A stretch of 64,000 nt of DNA from an uncultured Acidimicrobiaceae bacterium (GTDB lineage: Bacteria > Actinomycetota > Acidimicrobiia > Acidimicrobiales > Bog-793): positions 65,519 to 129,518 of the forward strand of contig CAVZYD010000003.1 in NCBI GenBank assembly GCA_963779425.1, given 5' to 3'. The notes under the pieces were generated by a model, which saw nothing but the letters and a program-made list of their open reading frames with translations, ran no database searches and was not told the origin of the DNA. Positions 26,643 to 37,618 of this stretch are shown here, piece by piece; within the stretch, counting starts at the first letter, position 1; each line of letters opens with the position of its first letter. The position numbers and the translations under genes were made by a program.

Positions 26643-28354
26643 GACGGCGGGTAACGGTAGAGGCTCTCGCCCTCGAAGATCTCGAACGGCGTGTCGGAGC
26701 CCTGCTCGGCCACGACGAGTTGTTGCGGGCGACGAGCGGCGAGGTCGTTGGCGATGGCCTGACAGTCGCTCCCGAAGTTGAGGTACCCGGGCGCCCAGAC
26801 GTACCAGATGGAGTTCTTCGGACCGGCCCGTGACAAGATGAGCCTCACGAAGGCGCCCGTGCTGGCGTGCTCCACAGTGGCGGCGTAGTCGACCCAGTTC
26901 ACGATCTCCGGGGAGTTGGCGCGCGGAAAGGCGAGCTCGTCGAAGCGGTCAGCGAGCTCGCGGCTCACGGCCGGGCCGAGCTGGTCGGGGCAGTAGGCGA
27001 CGACGTCGCCGTTATGGGGCCGCGACAAGCACCGCCGAGGCCACCTGGCCCGCCTGGGTACGGGTGAGAAAGGCGTTCGGGATCGACGCCGCCAGGCCGA
27101 AGACGACCGCGATGGCGACGACCCCGTTGCGCACCCGGCGGTCGATCGAGCGCCGTGACGCCGTAGGCGACGACGAGCAGGCACGGCATCAAGATGACGG
27201 CCGAGTAGCGGTCGGCGAACGTGCTGCCCGCTCAGCTTGCCCGCTATGAGCGCCATGACAAGAGTGCCGCCCGCCAACAGCGCGAGCGCCCGTCACGCCC
27301 GGGCGGGTGCGCAGGTCGAGCACGACGCGCCGGCCGTCCAAGGCGCTGCCGGCGACACCCAAGCAGGGCCAGGAAAGCCAGCACGAGGGCAAGTGCCCGC
27401 CCCGCGTCCGAGTCGCCCCCGGCGAACTGGGTGAAGGTGTACACAAGGGCCGTGAAGTCGGCCGGCGTGGCCCAGGGCGTGCCCGTGTGGTGAGCTGGAA
27501 CAGCAAGCGTCGGCACCCACGGCAGCGAACCCGCAGCTCCCGACCGCGAGCGCCGCCAGCGCGACGCGGCAGCTGCGTGCACGCGGGCCGCGACCAGGCG
27601 CAAACCGCCGTGCCGATGGCGGCGGTGGCCACGAGGAACAGCGCCCAGTAGTGGCTGTACTCGAGCGCACAGGTGACAACGCGCCAGCGCGAGCGCGTTC
27701 GCGACGGAGGGTCGCCGCAAGATGGCGACATAGGCCAGGACCCCGAGCGTAGAGAGCAGGATCACGAGCGAGTACATCCGCGCCTCGGTGTCGTAGTAGA
27801 CGGCGAAAGGCGACGTCGCCACGAGCAACGTCGTCGTCCAGGCCACGAGCCGGCCGGCCCGGTCGCCATCGTGGACGGCAATGGCGGAGCCCTCCACTTG
27901 GGCCGGTGCGGGGCTGCCCGCCGGCGTGGCCGCAGCACCGGCTGGAGCTCTCCAGGACTGGGAGCCGACGCTGGTAGCCCGCCAGCCAAGCCACCGGGAG
28001 GGTGAGAACTCCGATGACCCCCGAGAGCGAGCGCGCCCCGAGATCGCTCGTGCCGAACACCTTCATCCAGAAATGGAGCAGCACGTAGTACAAAGGCGGG
28101 GCCCCGTCGTCGCGCAGAAGGCCCGGGATCAGGTGCAGTGGGGCGCGGGCGATGTTGACCGTGAGCGCCTCGTCGAGCCACATGGGCGACGGCGTCCAGA
28201 ACCGGAGCACGACCGCGACGACAAGCACGGCGCCGCAGCCGCCCGCGACGACGGCGCTCTGTTCTAAGGACCTGCCCTCGCAGGCCGTGGACGCGTCCGG
28301 GGGCTCTGGTCGGGCGGCGTCAGTACCTCGGGTGAGCGCGACCAGCGCCCTCAC
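26639..28354 (-). CDS. integral-membrane GT-C glycosyltransferase, PMT_2/ArnT-like (at least 4 frame breaks)
   Basis: LRFWTPSPMWLDEALTVNIARAPLHLIPGLLRDDGAPPLYYVLLHFWMKVFGTSDLGARSLSGVIGVLTLPVAWLAG (27293..28354). VATSPFAVYYDTEARMYSLVILLSTLGVLAYV (27244..27897). C-terminal soluble domain VVAYCPDQLGPAVSREL...IWYVWAPGYLNFGSDC (26639..27277). Confidence 0.55.
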
Positions 28355-28418
28355 CGAGCGCCGCTATTCCGCGGGTGCCTCGTCGGGCGGAGTGGTACGG
28401 GAGCCTCGGGCTCGAGGC

Positions 28419-29935
28419 TCAGCTCTGGCTCTGAGTCGGCCCGCCTCCTGCGCCAGGGTCGGTCACCTCGTCGCCGGAGACTCCGTCGTCTGTCGCCGCC
28501 AGGGTCGTCTCGCCACCAGCCTCGTCACTCGACGGCGCCACCTCGGCGCCTTGCGATGCGACCGGCTCTTCGGCAACAGGCGCACCGCCGGCCTGCGAGC
28601 TCGCCGCGACTGGCGGCCTCGTTGGCCGCGAGCAGGTCGGCCCAGGCCGCCTGGCTCTCGGTCTCCGGGGTGAAGTCGGTCGCCGAGTAGTCGTAGCCGA
28701 TGTAGTTGCCCTCGGCGTCGTAGGCGTGCTCGCCGAAGGCCTCGCGGTACTCCTCGGCGACTTCGCCGCCTTCGGCGGCCTGCTTGATGGAAAGGCTGAT
28801 CCTGCGGCGCTGCAGGTCGATGTCGATGATCTTCACCCAGAGCTCTTCGCCGGGCGTGACGACCTGCTCGGGCAGGTCGACGTGGTGCGCCGCCATCTCC
28901 GAGATGTGCACCAGACCCTCGATGCCGTCGCCCACCTGGACGAAGGCGCCGAAAGGCACGAGCTTGGTGATCCTGCCGTAGACGAGCTCGCCGATGCGGT
29001 GGTTGGTGGCGAACTCCTGCCACGGGTCGACCTGGGTCGCCTTCAGGGAAAGGCTGATCCTCTCCTTGTCGAGGTCGACGTCGAGCACCTGGACGGTCAC
29101 CTCGTCGCCCACGGCGACGACCGAGGAAGGGTGGTCGACGTGCTTCCAGGACAGCTCGGAGACGTGCACGAGCCCGTCCATCCCCCCGAGGTCGACGAAG
29201 GCGCCGAAGTTCACGACCGAGGAGACAACACCCTTGCGGATCTCGCCCGGCTTCAGGTTCACGAGGAACTCGCCGCGCTGCTCGCGCTGGGTCTCCTCGA
29301 GCCAGGCCCGCCTTGAGAGACACGACGTTGTTGCGGTTCTTGTCGAGCTCGATGATCTTGGCCTCGAGCGTCTTTCCGATGTAGGGCTGCAGGTCGCGAA
29401 CCCGACGCAGCTCGACGAGCGACGCGGGCAGGAAGCCGCGAAGGCCTATGTCGACGATGAGCCCGCCCTTGACGACCTCGATGACGAGGCCCTTCACGAC
29501 GCCGCCGGACTCCTTGACCCTTTCGATCGTGCCCCAGGCGCGCTCGTACTGGGCACGCTTTTTCGACAGGATGAGGCGACCCTCCTTGTCCTCTTTCTGG
29601 AGCACGAGGGCTTCGATCTCGTCGCCGACCGAGACAACCTCGTGAGGGTCGAGATCGTGGCGAATGGAAAGCTCACGGGCCGGGATGACGCCTTCGGACT
29701 TGAAGCCGATGTCGAGGAGCACCTCGTCCTTGTCGACCTTTACCACTTTGCCCGTGACGACGTCCCCGTCCTCGAAGGCGACGATCGTCTGGTCGATGGC
29801 GTCCTCGAAGGACATGTCGCCAAGGTCGTCCTCGACGATCTTGCGGGGGACGTAGACCCCTTCGGCGTCAAAGGTGCCATGACGCTCTTGATCTGCCAGG
29901 GATTCCGCGTGAACGGTGCTCATCGTGTCGGACAT
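28419..29935 (-). CDS. rpsA: 30S ribosomal protein S1 (frame break near 29300, probably another near 28600 in the acidic tail)
   Basis: Repeated S1 domains: GDVVTGKVVKVDKDEVLLDIGFKSEGVIPAREL, GVVKGLVIEVVKGGLIVDIGLRGFLPASL (ORF 28463..29974). Then GEIRKGVVSSVVNFGAFVDLGGMDGLVHVSELS, GELVYGRITKLVPFGAFVQVGDGIEGLVHISEM (ORF 28525..29262). The 3' end is uncertain (28419, 28463 or 28525 depending on frame). Confidence 0.9.
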
Positions 29936-30112
29936 GGGAAGTAGGTCGCTCTCTTTTCGGACAGGTCGAGCCAACGACAGGCCGCGCTCGGCCCTCGCCG
30001 GCTATAGGGATGTGGAATTCTGCGCTGGATGACGCAGCCGAGCATGCACTTAGCCACCGCCGTCATGGTCGCTTAACAATGGTACCTCTCAAGGAGGGCC
30101 AAGCCCATAGCC

Positions 30113-33030
30113 TCAGACCAGGGGCTCAGCCACCTCGAGGGGATCGACCTCGTCGAACTCCGCCGCCGAGTCGATCGCAGGCTCCTTGCCCGCCGCCCAA
30201 CTGTCGCCGACCGCCAGGTGCACGGCCAGGGGAACTCGAAGCTCAAAGGCGTGCTCCATGGTCTCGGTCGTGAGCAGGAGAGCCTCGTCGCGCTCGGTGG
30301 CGACCGCCTCGACGAGGATCTCGTCATGGACCTGGAGCACGATTCTGCTGGAGAGAGCCGCTCTCTCGAACGCCTCGTCGAGGCGAACGAGGGCCACCTT
30401 GAAGATGTCGGCCGCCAGGCCCTGGATGCCGGCGTTCATCGCCTGGCGCTCGGCCGCCTGGCGGACGCGGTAGTTGCTCGAGTCGAGCTCGGGCAGGTAG
30501 CGACGCCGTCCGAGCAGGGTCTCGGTGTAGCCACGTCCACGCGCCTCGGCCACCGAACGCTCCATGTACTGCTTCACGTTCGGGAAGGCGGCGAAGTACT
30601 GGGCAAGGATCGCGGCAGCCTCGTCTACACCGACGCCGAGGCGCTGGGAGAGCCCGTAAGCCTCCATCCCGTAGGCGAGGCCGTAGGAGATCATCTTGGC
30701 CTTGGAGCGCATTGCGAGGGTCACCTGCTCGGGCTCGACGCCGTAGACCCTCGCCGCCGTGGCGTTGTGGATGTCGACGCCCGGAGCGAAACGCCTCGAC
30801 GAGACCGGGATCGTCGGACAGGTGGGCGATGACGCGCAGCTCGATCTGGTCGTAGTCCGCGATCAAAAGCTCCGAGCCCGCGCTCGGCACGAAGGCCTCG
30901 CGGAACCGGCGCCCGATGAGGCTGCGCACCGGGATGTTGTGCAGGTTCGGCTGATCTGAGGAGAGCCGGCCCGTGCGGGCGACGGTCTGGTTGAACGAGG
31001 CGTGGATCCGCCCGTCCGGCGCGACCTCGGCGAGGAGGCCCTCTCCGTAGGTGGAACGCAGCTTCTCCACCTCCCGGTAGCGCAGCAAGGTGTCAACCAA
31101 CGGATGGGCGTCACGCAGGCGCGCCAGGCTCTGAGCGTCGGTGGAGTAGCCGGTCTTGGTGCGCTTTTGCGGAACGAGAGCGAGCTTGTCGAAAAGGATG
31201 CGCCGCAGCTGCTGGGTCGAGTTGACGTTGAATTCCTCCCCCGCCAGCTGCTGGACCTCGGCCTCGAGCCTGCGCGCCTCGAAGACGAGCTCCTCGCTGA
31301 TGGCCCGCAGCTGCTCGATGTCAACGGCGATGCCGGCGACCTCCATCTTCGCGAGCACACGGATCAAGGGACGTTCCACGTCCTCGTAAAGCCGGGTGGC
31401 GCCGGTCTCCTCCAGGGCCTTCGCGATCGCCGGGGCGAGGCGCGCCAGCATGGCCACCTGTGCCGCCGCCTTCGTCGGCGTCCCGCAGGCACCGTCGTCG
31501 CCTTCGCTCCGGCACCTTTGCCGCTCTCGAGGTCGAAGCCGAGCTGCTCGAGAACCGGTGCCCGCGCCTGTGGCACGGCCGCCCGTGCCGAGGGTCGGCA
31601 CGAGACCGGCCAGTCCCGCAGAGCGAGGCCTGGCCCTCCCGGGCGTCGAGGAGGTAGGCGGCGACTGCGGTGTCGAGGTCGAGCCCGGTGAAGCGGATCC
31701 CCTGCGGCTCGAGCGCTCGCATGAGCTCTTTGGCCCGGTGGGCGACGATGCGCCGCGTGCGATCGGCGGACAAACCGAGCACGGACGCGAGGCTTCGGCG
31801 AGCCCCGGCTCGGCGACGAGCCTCCCGTCCAGAAAGCCCACCACGAGCCGGCGGGCGTCCCCCGCCGGCCGGTCCGCGACCGCTTGGTCCTGGTAGCTCG
31901 CGACCGTAGGCCCATCCTCGTCGAGCGCCGCAAAGGCGAGCCCCTCGAGAGCCGAGCGGCCCGGCGCGCCGGCCCAGACCGCCTCGACGGCGATCAGGCC
32001 CGGTGTTGCCGCCAAAGAGCTGAGCCAGACGCGGGCCTCGTCGAGCTCGCCGAGGAGGACGACCTCTACCGGTCGCGACTGTTCGGCGCCGCCGGGCGGG
32101 GCCAAAGAGCCCACCGGGTCGCCTTGGGCGGTCCCCGAGGCGAGCGGCTCGAGGCGGTCGAGCTGTTTGAAGATGCGGTCGCGCGGGACCCCGGATCTCG
32201 AGCAGGTCCAACAGGCTGCGCATCTCCTCCCGGTTGGAGCGGCCCAGGGTGAGGTCCTCGGCCACACAGTCAAGGGCACGTCGCGGACAAGCGGGGTCAT
32301 CTGCAGATTGAGCCTGCACCTGCGCCTCGTGCTCGGCAAGGGAGGCCCTGAGCTTCGGAGTCTGCTCGTCGAGGTGGGCGTAGAGGTGTCGATGTCGCCG
32401 TAGGTGTTGACGAGCTTGGCGGCCGTCTTCTCCCCCACCCCGGGCACCCCGGGCAGGTTGTCGGAGGGATCGCCGCGCAGCGCCGCCAGGAACGGGTAGA
32501 GCTCAGGACCCACGCCGGTCCTTTCTTTGATCCCGGCCTCGTCGTAGAGCACGTAGTCGGTGACGCCGCGCCGGTTGTAGAGGACCTTTATGAGCGGGTC
32601 GTGCACGAGCTGGTAGGCGTCGCGGTCACCGGTCACGATGACGACCTCGTGGCCCTCGGCCGCAAGCTCGCGTGGCGAGGGTCGCGATGACGTCGTCGGC
32701 CTCGTAGCCCTCGGCGTCGACGGCGGGAACCCCGAGGGTCTCGACCAGCCTGCGGATGAGCTCGATCTGCTCGACCAAAGGCTCGGGGGTCTGTGGGCGG
32801 CCCGCCTTGTAGCTCGCCGCCAGGGCGTCGCGGAAAGTCGGCTCGCGCCGGTCGAACGCCACCGCCATCCCGGTCGGCGACTGGTCCTCTAAGAGCCTCG
32901 CCAGCATCGAGGCGAAACCGAAGACGGCCTGGGTCTCCTGCCCGGAGGCCGTCTGAAGCTGCGCCTCTTGCAAGGCGAACCACGCCCGGTACGCGAGCGA
33001 GTGGCCGTCGAGGAGAAGGTCGCGAGCCAC
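30113..33030 (-). CDS. polA: DNA polymerase I (at least 6 frame breaks)
   Basis: 5' nuclease N-terminus LLLDGHSLAYRAWFAL...GYEADDVIATLA (32626..33030) and VTGDRDAYQLV...PGVPGVGEKTAAKL. Polymerase core LYEDVERPLIRVLAKMEVAGIAVD, RIHASFNQTVARTGRLSSDQPNLHNIP, LLIADYDQIELRVIAHLS (30324..32636). KAKMISYGLAYG...LLGRRRYLP...RQAMNAGIQGLAADI...LQVHDEILVE (30113..30724). Confidence 0.95.
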
Positions 33031-33090
33031 TGCCTTGCATGCTAAACCGGGCGCGGCGGGACGTGACAGGTGCGCCTCGGGGCCGGAGCT

Positions 33091-33686
33091 CTAAGGGACG
33101 ATCGCGCCCTCGACGATCTTCTCCGACACCTCGCGCATGGTCGTGCGCTGGTTCATGGCCGTCTGCTGGATGAACTGAAGGCGTCGGCCTCCCGCATACC
33201 CTTTTCGTCCATGAGCTTTCCCTTGGCCCTGTCGACCCAGCGGCGCGTCACGAGCTGCTCCTCGAGATTGCGCTTGTCGTCGGCAAGGGCCGCGTTCTCC
33301 GCCTCGAGCGCCTGCATCTCGTTGAACCTCGCCAGTGCGACCTCGATGGCCGGCAGCAGCTCGTCTTGCTGGAAAGGCTTGACGAGGTAGGCGAGGGCGC
33401 CGGCGTCCCGGGCCTGCTCGATCAGGTTGCGCTGGCTGAAGGCCGTGAGGATCAGCACGGCGGAAGCCCGCTCGACGTTGATCTCGCTCGCCGCCGAGAG
33501 CCCGTCGAGCCCCGGCATCTTGATGTCGAGGATCACCAGGTCAGGCTTGTGCTGCTTGGCCAGCTCGACGGCCTCGTCGCCTCGTCCCGTCTCGCCGACG
33601 ACGTCAAAGCCCTGCTCTTCGAGTATCTCGCGCAGGTCAAGGCGAACGATCGCTTCGTCCTCTGCGATCACGACGGTTCTGGCCAA
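33091..33686 (-). CDS. ANTAR-domain response regulator (PdtaR-like; 1 frame break near 33180)
   Basis: Receiver domain VVIAEDEAIVRLDLREILEEQGFDVVGE...DLVILDIKMPGLDGL...ILTAFSQ. ANTAR region LEEQLVTRRWVDRAKGKLMDEKGMREADAF, then FIQQTAMNQRTTMREVSEKIVEGAIVP in the next frame (TAG at 33091-33093). Confidence 0.75.
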
Positions 33687-33758
33687 CGGGTCCGCTCCTT
33701 TACTGACTCATGGCCCTGGTTGCTGATCGGGTCGACGGCAACTGTGGGCCGGCTCTGC

Positions 33759-34044
33759 TCAGACTACGAGCTTGCCTAGCAGCTCGTCCTGCGCACGTTC
33801 CAACTCGGCCACTCGGGCAGCTGGCCGTGTCCCGGGCGCGCATCATCGCTTCGGCATGCCGCTGGGCGTCCTGCCAGTCGCGGTCGGCCAGCGGCGTCTC
33901 GGACACGAGTGACCGGATGCGCGTTTCCTCCGCTGTCTCGAGGAAGACGTCGAGCTGCTCCTCGACCACAGCCAGCTCCTGGCGGGCGCGCACGAGGCGA
34001 GCGTGGACTTCCAAGAGGCGGCGCTCCACCTGGTCGCGCTTCAT
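33759..34044 (-). CDS. small predicted coiled-coil protein of unknown function (1 frame break near 33830)
   Basis: MKRDQVERRLLEVHARLVRARQELAVVEEQLDVFLETAEETRIRSLV..., then the tail ...RVAELERAQDELLGKLVV in a neighbouring frame. The ATG overlaps the ecfT stop (ATGA), suggesting co-translation with the transporter operon. Confidence 0.35.
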
Positions 34045-34974
34045 ACCGGAAGTCTACGACCGGACGCCCCGGCATCATCCGAACGCCGGTCAGCGAAGCT
34101 ACGGCCATGGCCGCCACCGCCAGCGCGCTCAAAGCCAGGCTGAGCAGCGTCGACGCGTGCGAAGCGGTGGGTCTCAGGGGCAAGGGTCGGGACCCCACCC
34201 CTGGCCTCGATCGCCTCGGCGATCTCGCGGGCCCGCCGGATGGCGTTGGCGAGCGCCCCGAAGACGCCTTCGACTGCCTCGTCGCTCAGCTCCCTGAACG
34301 TCCGCGGGCTAGCCGGACGGCGGGCCCTGCGTGCCGCCCGCAGCACCCGCGCCTCTTCGAGGAGCAACGGCAAGCAGCGGATCGAAAGCGCGATCGCCCC
34401 GACGAGCTCGTCGACGGGCACACGCAGGCGCCGCAGGGGGCCGAGAAGCCTGCCGAGGGCGGGCGACAGGTCGGCCAGCGGCGTCGTCCAACCGAGCAAC
34501 GCCGCAGCCGCGAGCACGTCGATGCCGACCATCGTGAACGCGGCGAAGTTGTCGAGGCCGCCGAGGCCGATCTTGAGCGACCCAGGTGGATCTTCGGGCT
34601 TGCCGCCCGCGACGAGGGCGAGGGCCGCGCCGACAACGAGCACCCCGCCGAGCCACCAAGGCAGCCGCGGGCTGATCCCCCTCGGAAGGCGCGCCGACGA
34701 GGAACGCGACCAGCAGCAAGACGCGCCATGATCCCGATGGACTGCCAGGACGGCCAGAGGAGAAGCCCGATCGACAGCACTCCGAGGGCGACGAGTTTGG
34801 TCCCGGCCCACATGCGGTGGAGCGGGCTCGTCCCAGGCACGAACCGCACGACGTGGATCTCGCCGAGTCGCAGGGCACGTGCGCGCCTGCTGGGCTCGGT
34901 CGGCCTCGGACAGCCCGACCACGCCGGCCGGGCCCGGTCATCGTCATCGTCGCCGCTCCCGAGGTCCCGCTCAT
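34041..34974 (-). CDS. ecfT: ECF transporter transmembrane (T) component, EcfT/CbiQ family (at least 3 frame breaks)
   Basis: VRFVPGTSPLHRMWAGTKLVALGVLSIGLLLW, several TM segments, and the conserved arginine-rich coupling region ALSIRCLPLLLEEARVLRAARRARR. The ATG overlaps the stop of the upstream ATPase (ATGA at 34971-34974). Confidence 0.65.
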
Positions 34975-35683
34975 CCGACCACGTGTCCGGCCTCGAGAAT
35001 GACGAGGCGATCGCCGAGCAGCTCGGCGTTGTCGAGGTCGTGAGAGACGACGAGGGTAGCCATGTCCCGCTCGTCGCGCAGCTGGGCGAGGATCGCGTGC
35101 CAAGGCCGGATCTCGCCTCGTCGTCCAGACCCGGCGTAAGGCTCGTCGAGCACGAGCAGGACGGGGTCGCGCACGAGCAGCCCGGCGAGGGCGACGCGCC
35201 GCTGCTCTCCACCGGAGAGCTCGTCGACGCGCCTCGGCCCCATCGTCGACAGGGTCCAGGCCGACAGATCGCAGGGCCGCCGCCGCCCGCTCGTTGTCGG
35301 CCCCGTAGGCGACGTCTGACGAGCACGGTCGGGCGGATGAGCTGGAGGCGGGCGTGCTGAAACGAGATCCCGACGGCGCCCGTGCCGGCGACGATGCTCT
35401 GGCCCTCCAGCAACGCCTCGCCCTCGGTCGGGACGAGCAGCCCGGCGAGGATCCAGGCGAGCGTCGACTTGCCCGACCCGTTGTCACCGGTCACGACGAC
35501 GCCCTCGCCGCGGCTGCAGCGTCGAGGTCGACACCCTCGAGGGCGCGGCGGGCCCACGGGGTGCCGTTGGCATAGACATAACCCAGCTCCCGCACGCCGG
35601 AGCAACGACCGTTGCCGGGGCAGCCTGGCCCACTCGCAGGGCTCCGTGTTGGCCGGGACCGGCTGGATGGCACGGTCCGTCAA
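34971..35683 (-). CDS. ECF/ABC transporter ATP-binding domain 2 (at least 3 frame breaks)
   Basis: VRELGYVYANGTPWARRALEGVDL, Walker A GDNGSGKSTLAWILAGLL, signature LSGGEQRRVALAGLL, Walker B LLVLDEP, H-loop VVSHDL. The start (TTG 35683, overlapping the apparent upstream stop) is uncertain. This may be the second half of a fused tandem ATPase. Confidence 0.7.
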
Positions 35684-36399
35684 AGCTTGGAGCGAAGCGG
35701 GGAGGCCTCGCCCCGCCCGGAGCCTCTCTCGCCACCGGGCGCGGTAGGCCTTGGCCGCCGAGGGGCTGGTTTTGGTGAGGGCGCGGCGACCAGCCGGCCG
35801 GCCAGCATGAGGATCGTCTCGTCCGCCTTGGCCGCCTCGGCTTCGCGGTGGGTGACATGGACGACGGTGATCCCGGCGGCAGCGAGCGACTCGAGCAGGG
35901 CCACGACCTCGGCGCGCCCCGGGGCGTCGATCATCGCCGTCGCCTCGTCGGAGATGAGCAGTCGCGGTTGGCGGGCCAGACAGGCGGCGATCGCGAGACG
36001 CTGCAGCTCACCTCCCGACAGCCCGGCGGTCTCCCGCTCCTCGAAGCCTGCGAGCCCGACCCGGGCGAGCAGCGCCGACGACGTCCGGACGCGGCGTCGG
36101 CGGGAGGCCCCAGACGACGTCGTCGCGGGCACGTACACCGAGCACCTGGCTCTCGGGGCGCTGGAAGATCATCGAAGTCCCGCCGGGCAGACCGAAACCG
36201 GGATCGCCTGCGCGGTGCACACGTGCCGAGCGTCGGCGACAAGCGCCCGGCGAGGAGACGCACGAGGGTCGACTTGCCCGAACCGTTCGGGCCCGACGAC
36301 GGCGAGAAACGACCCGGGCTGGACATCCAAGGACACCTCCGCGACGGCCCAGGCCCTGCTGCCCGGGATACTGGTACGAGACTGCGCTCAAGCTGACCG
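35680..36399 (-). CDS. ECF/ABC transporter ATP-binding domain 1 (at least 2 frame breaks)
   Basis: SAVSYQYPGQQ..., Walker A GPNGSGKSTLVRLLAGRL (ORF 35931..36599), MIFQRPESQVLG, signature LSGGELQRLAIAACL, Walker B LLISDEATAMID, VVHVTHR (ORF 35680..36138). No clean start codon is present. The reading frame is continuous with the upstream membrane domain. Confidence 0.7.
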
Positions 36400-37261
36400 G
36401 TACGGGTGCCCTGTCCCCCGGTCGGGCACCCCCACGACGGGCGAGGCGCTCGCGGTCGTTCTCGGCCCGCCACGGCAGTGCTTCTGCGGGAGCGGGCTGA
36501 TCGTGCTCGAGGCGCACCAGCAGAGGCCACAGATAGCGGGCGCAAAGCGCGGCCGCGAGCACGACGGCGAAGAGCTCGAACAAGGGCACCGTCAGCCACC
36601 AGTTGGCGATGACCCAGCGAAGGGCCCTGTCGCCCGCCGACGCGAGCGAATTGAGGCCGGCGAGCACGAGCACACGCCTCAAGTCACGCCACAGGATCTG
36701 CACCTGTGCGAAAGCCAGGCGCCGAAGGCCGGGCGAGAGAGCCTCCGTCCCGAGCGAGATGCCGGCCACCGGGATCCCGGTCGTGACCGCGGCCACCAAC
36801 ACCGCAGCTGCCGGGTGCCATTGGCGCCGGTAGGCGGTCCCGACCGCCAGCCCGAGCGTTCCGGCGATGGCGGTTTGGAGAACGATCCCCACCCCACCGA
36901 CGAGAAACGAGACCGAGCTCGCGGCGAGCATGGCGACGACTGCCGTCCGCGCCCGTTGTCGGGCAGCGAGCGCCGCGAAAGGCACGACGGCCAGGCCTTG
37001 AAAGGCAGCGCCGACAAGCGGCACGAACCAGCCAAGCACCTCGAGGACGAGGGCGAGGTCCCCGAGCACGGCCGCCTCCGCCAGCTCGGACGGCCTCAGC
37101 GCGCCTCTCAGCTCGTGGCGGACGACGTTGGAGACCGCCGAGGTGAGAGAAGGTTCGGGTTCGGCACTTTGTCCGCCGCCACGAGCCTTGCCGCCCGACG
37201 ACGTCTCAGAGGAATCGGCCCCTCTGCTCCGGGACGGATCCCCGGCCGTGACCTCTTCCAT
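36400..37261 (-). CDS. polytopic membrane domain/protein preceding the ECF ATPases (possible S-component-like or N-terminal TM domain of a fused TM-ATPase protein)
   Basis: Within ORF 36008..37465, from Met 37261: a Ser/Gly-rich cytosolic N-terminus, then 5-6 hydrophobic helices (AAVLGDLALVLEVLGWFVPLVGAAF..., VVAMLAASSVSFLVGGVGIVL..., AAVLVAAVTTGIPVAGISL..., WWLTVPLFELFAVVLAAALCA). It reads in-frame into the ATPase N-terminus. Confidence 0.45.
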
Positions 37262-37327
37262 CGCCTTCAGATTTGCAGGTCCAGTGGGCGCCTGGTGCGC
37301 ATCTGGCCAGCTACGCTCAACCGGCAG

Positions 37328-37413
37328 GCCCGGATGGCGGAATGGCAGACGCGGCGGCCTCAAAAGCCGTTGTCCGAGAGGGCGTGCGGGTTCAAGTCCC
37401 GCTCCGGGCACCA
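37328..37413 (+). tRNA. tRNA-Leu (anticodon CAA), class II with long variable arm, encoded CCA
   Basis: Manual fold. Acceptor GCCCGGA/TCCGGGC. D-arm GCG-GAATGGCAGA-CGC. Anticodon stem GCGGC/GCCGT with loop CTCAAAA (CAA at positions 34-36). A 15 nt variable arm. T-arm GCGGG-TTCAAGT-CCCGC, discriminator A, CCA. Confidence 0.93.
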
Positions 37414-37434
37414 ACCAACCAACCAACCAACCAA
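37411..37434. repeat. (CCAA)x6 tetranucleotide microsatellite beginning at the tRNA CCA end
   Basis: Direct reading: CCAACCAACCAACCAACCAACCAA followed by CCACCC. Confidence 0.95.
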
Positions 37435-37618
37435 CCACCCTGACTATCATCGATCCTGGCCACAAGCTCGGAGGTGGTCCGAAACTGCCCCAGTCGTCAC
37501 AACTTGGTCACAACGATCGAACACGGCAGTCAAAGGGGACTGCGAACCGCGACAACTACAACCACAACAGTGGTGCTCCCAACTGGCGGTGCTCCTCGGC
37601 GAGTTGGACTCCAGTGGA

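Noticed and set aside
37411-37434. CRISPR-like or other spaced repeat arrays anywhere in the window.
   Set aside because: The only tandem repeat is the (CCAA)6 microsatellite. No 25-40 bp repeats separated by unique spacers and no cas genes were seen.
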